64,000 bases of DNA, from assembly GCA_965243045.1 (NCBI GenBank), contig CBDETR010000004.1:1207985-1271984 (forward strand), written 5' to 3'. Numbering within the stretch: position 1 is the stretch's first letter; each line of letters opens with the position of its first letter. Position numbers and translations under genes: made by a program. A model generated the notes under the pieces. The model was given only the letters and a program-made list of their open reading frames with translations, ran no database searches and was not told the DNA's origin. The DNA is from Alphaproteobacteria bacterium (lineage in GTDB: Bacteria > Pseudomonadota > Alphaproteobacteria > JABAAW01 > JAHZMA01). Below are positions 60,516 to 64,000 of the stretch, piece by piece.

Positions 60516-62207
60516 TTAAAAATACCAACCGAAGGTGAATTGCGTGGTGATGCCACCTTCTTCTGCGGCTTGGTAATAGCGGTCGCTACTTTGCCCATTG
60601 CTTAAATCAACTTCACCAACAGAAAGAGCAACATTAATACTCTCCGTGATATTATAGCGGTAAATAAAGGAATAGCCAGTGCCGCTACCAACCACGCCTA
60701 CATTGAAACCAAAACGATGTTGGTCTTCATCACCTGCTGTTCGGAAGGTGGAAATAATGGGTGCTTCGGTCTCGGTATCATTCGGCGGACCTTCTTGTTC
60801 TTGCTCTAACGCTTCATAAAGTCGGACAATTTCTTGGTCAGCCGCATTTTTTGGTTTAGGCGATTGTTTGGAAAGTAGCATCACATTGGTCGTCCATTTG
60901 CGCCCTTCATAAAGAAAGCCAATGGTTTGCACATCGGTTGTGGCATGATACAAAGATGTGCCACGCAAGAGTGGGTCGCGGTCTTCATCATTGAGTGCAT
61001 CTATGAAAGCATCGCCATTAGCAAAACCATTCCTGTTGTTGCCACCCAGAAGATTCCCATCGGCAGGTCTCCCTGTGCTTGAGCTAAGGTTAATGTTTCC
61101 ATTAAAGCCTAACCCTGCGATTGAATCTATTTGTGCATATTCATAACGCCAAACCCACGCGCCTACAGGAATCGATAATTCAAAACTCACCAATCCACCT
61201 TCAGGATAAAAGATAAAAGTTTCTTCTTCATCTCTATAATCAGAGCCAATGGTTTGGGGCAGGGGTACTTGGTTTGCGATTACGGGTGGCTTTATGTATC
61301 TAACTGGCGCGTGCAATACGGGGGCATCCGCATTGATACCCTTATGATAGGTGATGCCGAAAGTACCCCAATTAGGATAAAGCAACATTCTAAAAGCAGT
61401 TTGCATTTGGGATTGTTGTGATTTATTGCCATTTTCATCAAATAAATTTTCACTATTAAAATCACTATTGATAAAATCTTTGTCAGAATTATTGCTTGGC
61501 GCTAACCAAGTCTCATAAGCTTCATCAAGGGTTGGGTCGGTGCGAACATCAGACATTGTAAAAAACTGCATTTCCATTTTAGAGGTAGGAAATATAGAAA
61601 GAACAGTTTGGTCTTGCGGATAGAGAAAATCTAACTTACTAGGAACTAAAGAGGTAATCGTACTATTTTTGGGTAACATGGTTGCACTAGGCGAAAATAA
61701 TTCAAACTGCCCCCATGCATTGCGTTGCCTGCCCGCTGAAATACTGGCAATATTGCCTAAATTTGTTTGAACAAAAGCATCTTTGAAATCACTTTCATCG
61801 GTTTCAATTTCAATGGTTCTTGTTTCGTCTAACTCAAGGTTCGGGTCGCCTTCTAACCCATCATTTAACTTTTGTCGCAAGGTTAGTTGTGATTGGGTGG
61901 CACCATAGCTTAGATAAACGCGCCCCCAATTAGTAGGCACATCTAAACCAACATTAAATACACGCCCTGTGCGTTCTGATGAGGGGTTTGAAGCGGTATT
62001 ATAGCCAAGCTCGCCGATGAAATATTGCGCTAGATTAGAACTGCTTTTCGTTTGAGCAGCATCCTCACCCAGTAAAACACTATCTTCATCGAATGAAAAA
62101 CTATCATCGGAATCTTGTGCGTTGCTTTGAAAAGCCCATAAGAAAAAGATTAAGGAAACTCTTAACCCGAACATTGTTATATCAGTGATATTTTTATAAT
62201 AAGACAT
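60516..62207 (-). CDS. predicted outer-membrane beta-barrel protein, paralogue B (unknown family; possibly DUF1302-like)
   Basis: Signal peptide, alternating amphipathic beta-strand pattern, and a C-terminal aromatic residue (…TFGWYF). Paralogous to 62350-63933 over its whole length (shared AGRQRNAWGQFELFSP). Confidence 0.6.
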   Translation of the reverse strand: MSYYKNITDITMFGLRVSLIFFLWAFQSNAQDSDDSFSFDEDSVLLGEDAAQTKSSSNLAQYFIGELGYNTASNPSSERTGRVFNVGLDVPTNWGRVYLSYGATQSQLTLRQKLNDGLEGDPNLELDETRTIEIETDESDFKDAFVQTNLGNIASISAGRQRNAWGQFELFSPSATMLPKNSTITSLVPSKLDFLYPQDQTVLSIFPTSKMEMQFFTMSDVRTDPTLDEAYETWLAPSNNSDKDFINSDFNSENLFDENGNKSQQSQMQTAFRMLLYPNWGTFGITYHKGINADAPVLHAPVRYIKPPVIANQVPLPQTIGSDYRDEEETFIFYPEGGLVSFELSIPVGAWVWRYEYAQIDSIAGLGFNGNINLSSSTGRPADGNLLGGNNRNGFANGDAFIDALNDEDRDPLLRGTSLYHATTDVQTIGFLYEGRKWTTNVMLLSKQSPKPKNAADQEIVRLYEALEQEQEGPPNDTETEAPIISTFRTAGDEDQHRFGFNVGVVGSGTGYSFIYRYNITESINVALSVGEVDLSNGQSSDRYYQAAEEGGITTQFTFGWYF

Positions 62208-62349
62208 TTTTTTCCTTATTTGTTAATAATAATTCTTTTATTGGATACAAATTTTACATTATAATTATGCTATCATTATAATTATTTTTCAGTTTTTATC
62301 AACCAAAATTACTTGCTTATTTATTTATGTTAGTCCCAGCCATGATTTG

Positions 62350-63933
62350 TTAAAACTGCCATCTGACGCTAATTTGCAGGGTAGGAATATCAGAATCTTT
62401 GGTGCGATAGCCTTCTTCAGCTTCAAATCCAGAAACATCTACAAAACCAAGCGAGCCTGCAACTGATAAATCATCGGTAATCTTATAACTATAAACCCCG
62501 CCTATGCCAAAGCCAACCCCTACAAGCCCTAAGGCATAGCCATAATAATGTTGATTTTCATCACCTGCAGAACGATAGGCTGAAATAAGTGGAAATTCAC
62601 CAAAATCAATCTCATCAGGTTGCTCTGCTTCATCTTCTAATGCGGCATAGGTATCTTCAATGCGCCTGCCTGCATGGGTATCGGGCTTGTAACTGCTGAT
62701 GGCAAAAGCATCCACACTGATTGTCCAAACAGGACCGTCATACTTAACGCCGATACCGCTTAAGGTACGCGTGGCAGGAAAAATTGGCGTGCCAACAAAT
62801 GGGTTGCCACGGCTAGTATCCTTGACAGCCTCATTAAACGCATCAATTTTAGGGGCTGTGAATGCGCTGCCTTCTTCGGTAAATAGGGTAATATTACCCA
62901 ATATGCCGGGGGCATCGTAAGTTTCTATTTTTGCATGTTCCAAACGCCATGTATAACGGTTGGAAGTAACAGCAATTTCTATGGCGGATAATTTACCTTT
63001 TGGATAGAATAAATAGGTTTCATCATCATTAGGGTAGGTTGATGCGACTAAATCATTATCATCGTTGTTGCCAACAGGCGCACGTAACAAAGGGTTTAAC
63101 CCATTCACGCCTTCATGGCGCGTGAAGCCAAGTACGCCCCAACTAGGGTAAAATAACAGGCGTACTGCTTTTTGTTCTGTATATTTTTTCTGCTCATCGC
63201 CATGGGGCAATATATTGGTTTTTGTCGTCAACAAACGCGGCGTTAGAAGCAAGGCTGTTGCTTCATCGCCTGCCTCATCCGTGCGAATATTTTCTATATC
63301 ATAAAATTGAATTTCTGATTTGCTTGAAGGAAACATAGAAAGTTTCACTTGGTCTTGAGCATGTAATAAATCAACCTTATTCGGAATGAACGAAATAATA
63401 TTAGAGGTTAAAGGTTGCATCAAAGCTGCGGGTGAAAAAAGTTCAAACTGCCCCCATGCGTTACGCTGTCTGCCAGCAGAAAGCGTGATGGCGCGCCCTA
63501 AATTTAATTGCACAAAAGTTTCGCGCCAATCTGTGGTTTCTGCGTCTACTTTTAAGAATTTTTCGCGTGGGCGGTCTGCGGTGGCAACAAATTCTTCATC
63601 TAATTCTTGGATAACCGTATATTCGTAACGCACGCCACCATAGCTTGCGTAAAATCTTCCCCAACTCCACGGCGCATCCATATCAACATCTAAAAACTGA
63701 TTGTTTCTGCGGGCAAAGCCCCCATATGCGCCAACAAACCCAATTTCTCCGCTGAGATATTCAGAAAATTTAGATTGATTCTGCACATCTACATCATCAA
63801 TTAACACATCATCGGTTAAATCAAACTCGCTAAAACTATCTGTTTGTGCGCTATCTATTTGTGCGCCATCTATTTGTGCATAGGCAGGCAGGGCAAGAAG
63901 CCCCATCAAGCTTATAAAAAATGAAAAGCGCAT
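62350..63933 (-). CDS. predicted outer-membrane beta-barrel protein, paralogue A
   Basis: Signal peptide MRFSFFISLMGLLALPAYAQ and a C-terminal …ISVRWQF. Paralogous to the downstream gene. Confidence 0.6.
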   Translation of the reverse strand: MRFSFFISLMGLLALPAYAQIDGAQIDSAQTDSFSEFDLTDDVLIDDVDVQNQSKFSEYLSGEIGFVGAYGGFARRNNQFLDVDMDAPWSWGRFYASYGGVRYEYTVIQELDEEFVATADRPREKFLKVDAETTDWRETFVQLNLGRAITLSAGRQRNAWGQFELFSPAALMQPLTSNIISFIPNKVDLLHAQDQVKLSMFPSSKSEIQFYDIENIRTDEAGDEATALLLTPRLLTTKTNILPHGDEQKKYTEQKAVRLLFYPSWGVLGFTRHEGVNGLNPLLRAPVGNNDDNDLVASTYPNDDETYLFYPKGKLSAIEIAVTSNRYTWRLEHAKIETYDAPGILGNITLFTEEGSAFTAPKIDAFNEAVKDTSRGNPFVGTPIFPATRTLSGIGVKYDGPVWTISVDAFAISSYKPDTHAGRRIEDTYAALEDEAEQPDEIDFGEFPLISAYRSAGDENQHYYGYALGLVGVGFGIGGVYSYKITDDLSVAGSLGFVDVSGFEAEEGYRTKDSDIPTLQISVRWQF

Positions 63934-63957
63934 GTTATATTTTAATGGTTTTTTTTA

Positions 63958-64000
63958 GAAACGCCATGCCAGACTGGTTTGAGTGGTAAAACCTTCGGTT
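63958..64000 (-). CDS. 3' end of a third paralogous outer-membrane beta-barrel gene (truncated by the window edge)
   Basis: The reverse-complement translation ends …TEGFTTQTSLAWRF*, matching the C-terminus of paralogue B (…EEGGITTQFTFGWYF*). Confidence 0.5.

Overview
This window reads as a chromosomal segment from an AT-rich (roughly 40% GC by eye) alphaproteobacterium. Three things point to a Hyphomicrobiales, Bartonella/Brucella-like background: lipA followed by an SRPBCC gene, a class-I lysyl-tRNA synthetase, and short Brucella/Caulobacter-type flagellins. That assignment is inference only.

Positions 1-13.7 kb hold a complete division/cell-wall (dcw) cluster, murF' through ftsZ. FtsZ is an unusually long 833 aa because of a Gln/Pro-rich repeat linker, and FtsA looks like it has degenerate ATP-binding motifs. 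Next come lipA, an SRPBCC protein and a secreted ankyrin-repeat protein, then a minus-strand housekeeping block (tldD, dapB, ribF, glmM, an SH3b protein), class-I lysK, a frameshifted membrane gene, and frmA-frmB.

Positions 27.2-36.1 kb are the clearly accessory part:
- three families of tandem hairpin-containing intergenic repeats;
- a very AT-rich small secreted-protein ORF bracketed by a 24-32 bp direct repeat;
- tRNA-Thr(GGT) on the minus strand;
- an array of five flagellin-family genes: one divergent, one canonical, and three near-identical ~1.2 kb tandem units. Each has its own promoter and terminator and a conserved TCTAGAAyGG...GGAG leader. A small membrane-protein ORF and an acidic hypothetical protein sit among them. 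No other flagellar genes are present in the window.

Downstream are DUF1178, an XRE regulator, comEC, lexA, a lytic transglycosylase, moaB, a parvulin PPIase, fabI, aroC, sppA, two tandem YHS-domain paralogues, miaA, ilvBH-ilvC, a methyltransferase and two tandem DUF547 paralogues. The 3' end, all on the minus strand, has an FAD-oxidoreductase/GcvT fusion (DMGDH-like), an MMPL/RND-type transporter, and three tandem paralogous predicted outer-membrane beta-barrels, the last cut off at the window edge. Together these form a candidate uncharacterised export module.

I saw no CRISPR array, transposase, integrase or rRNA.
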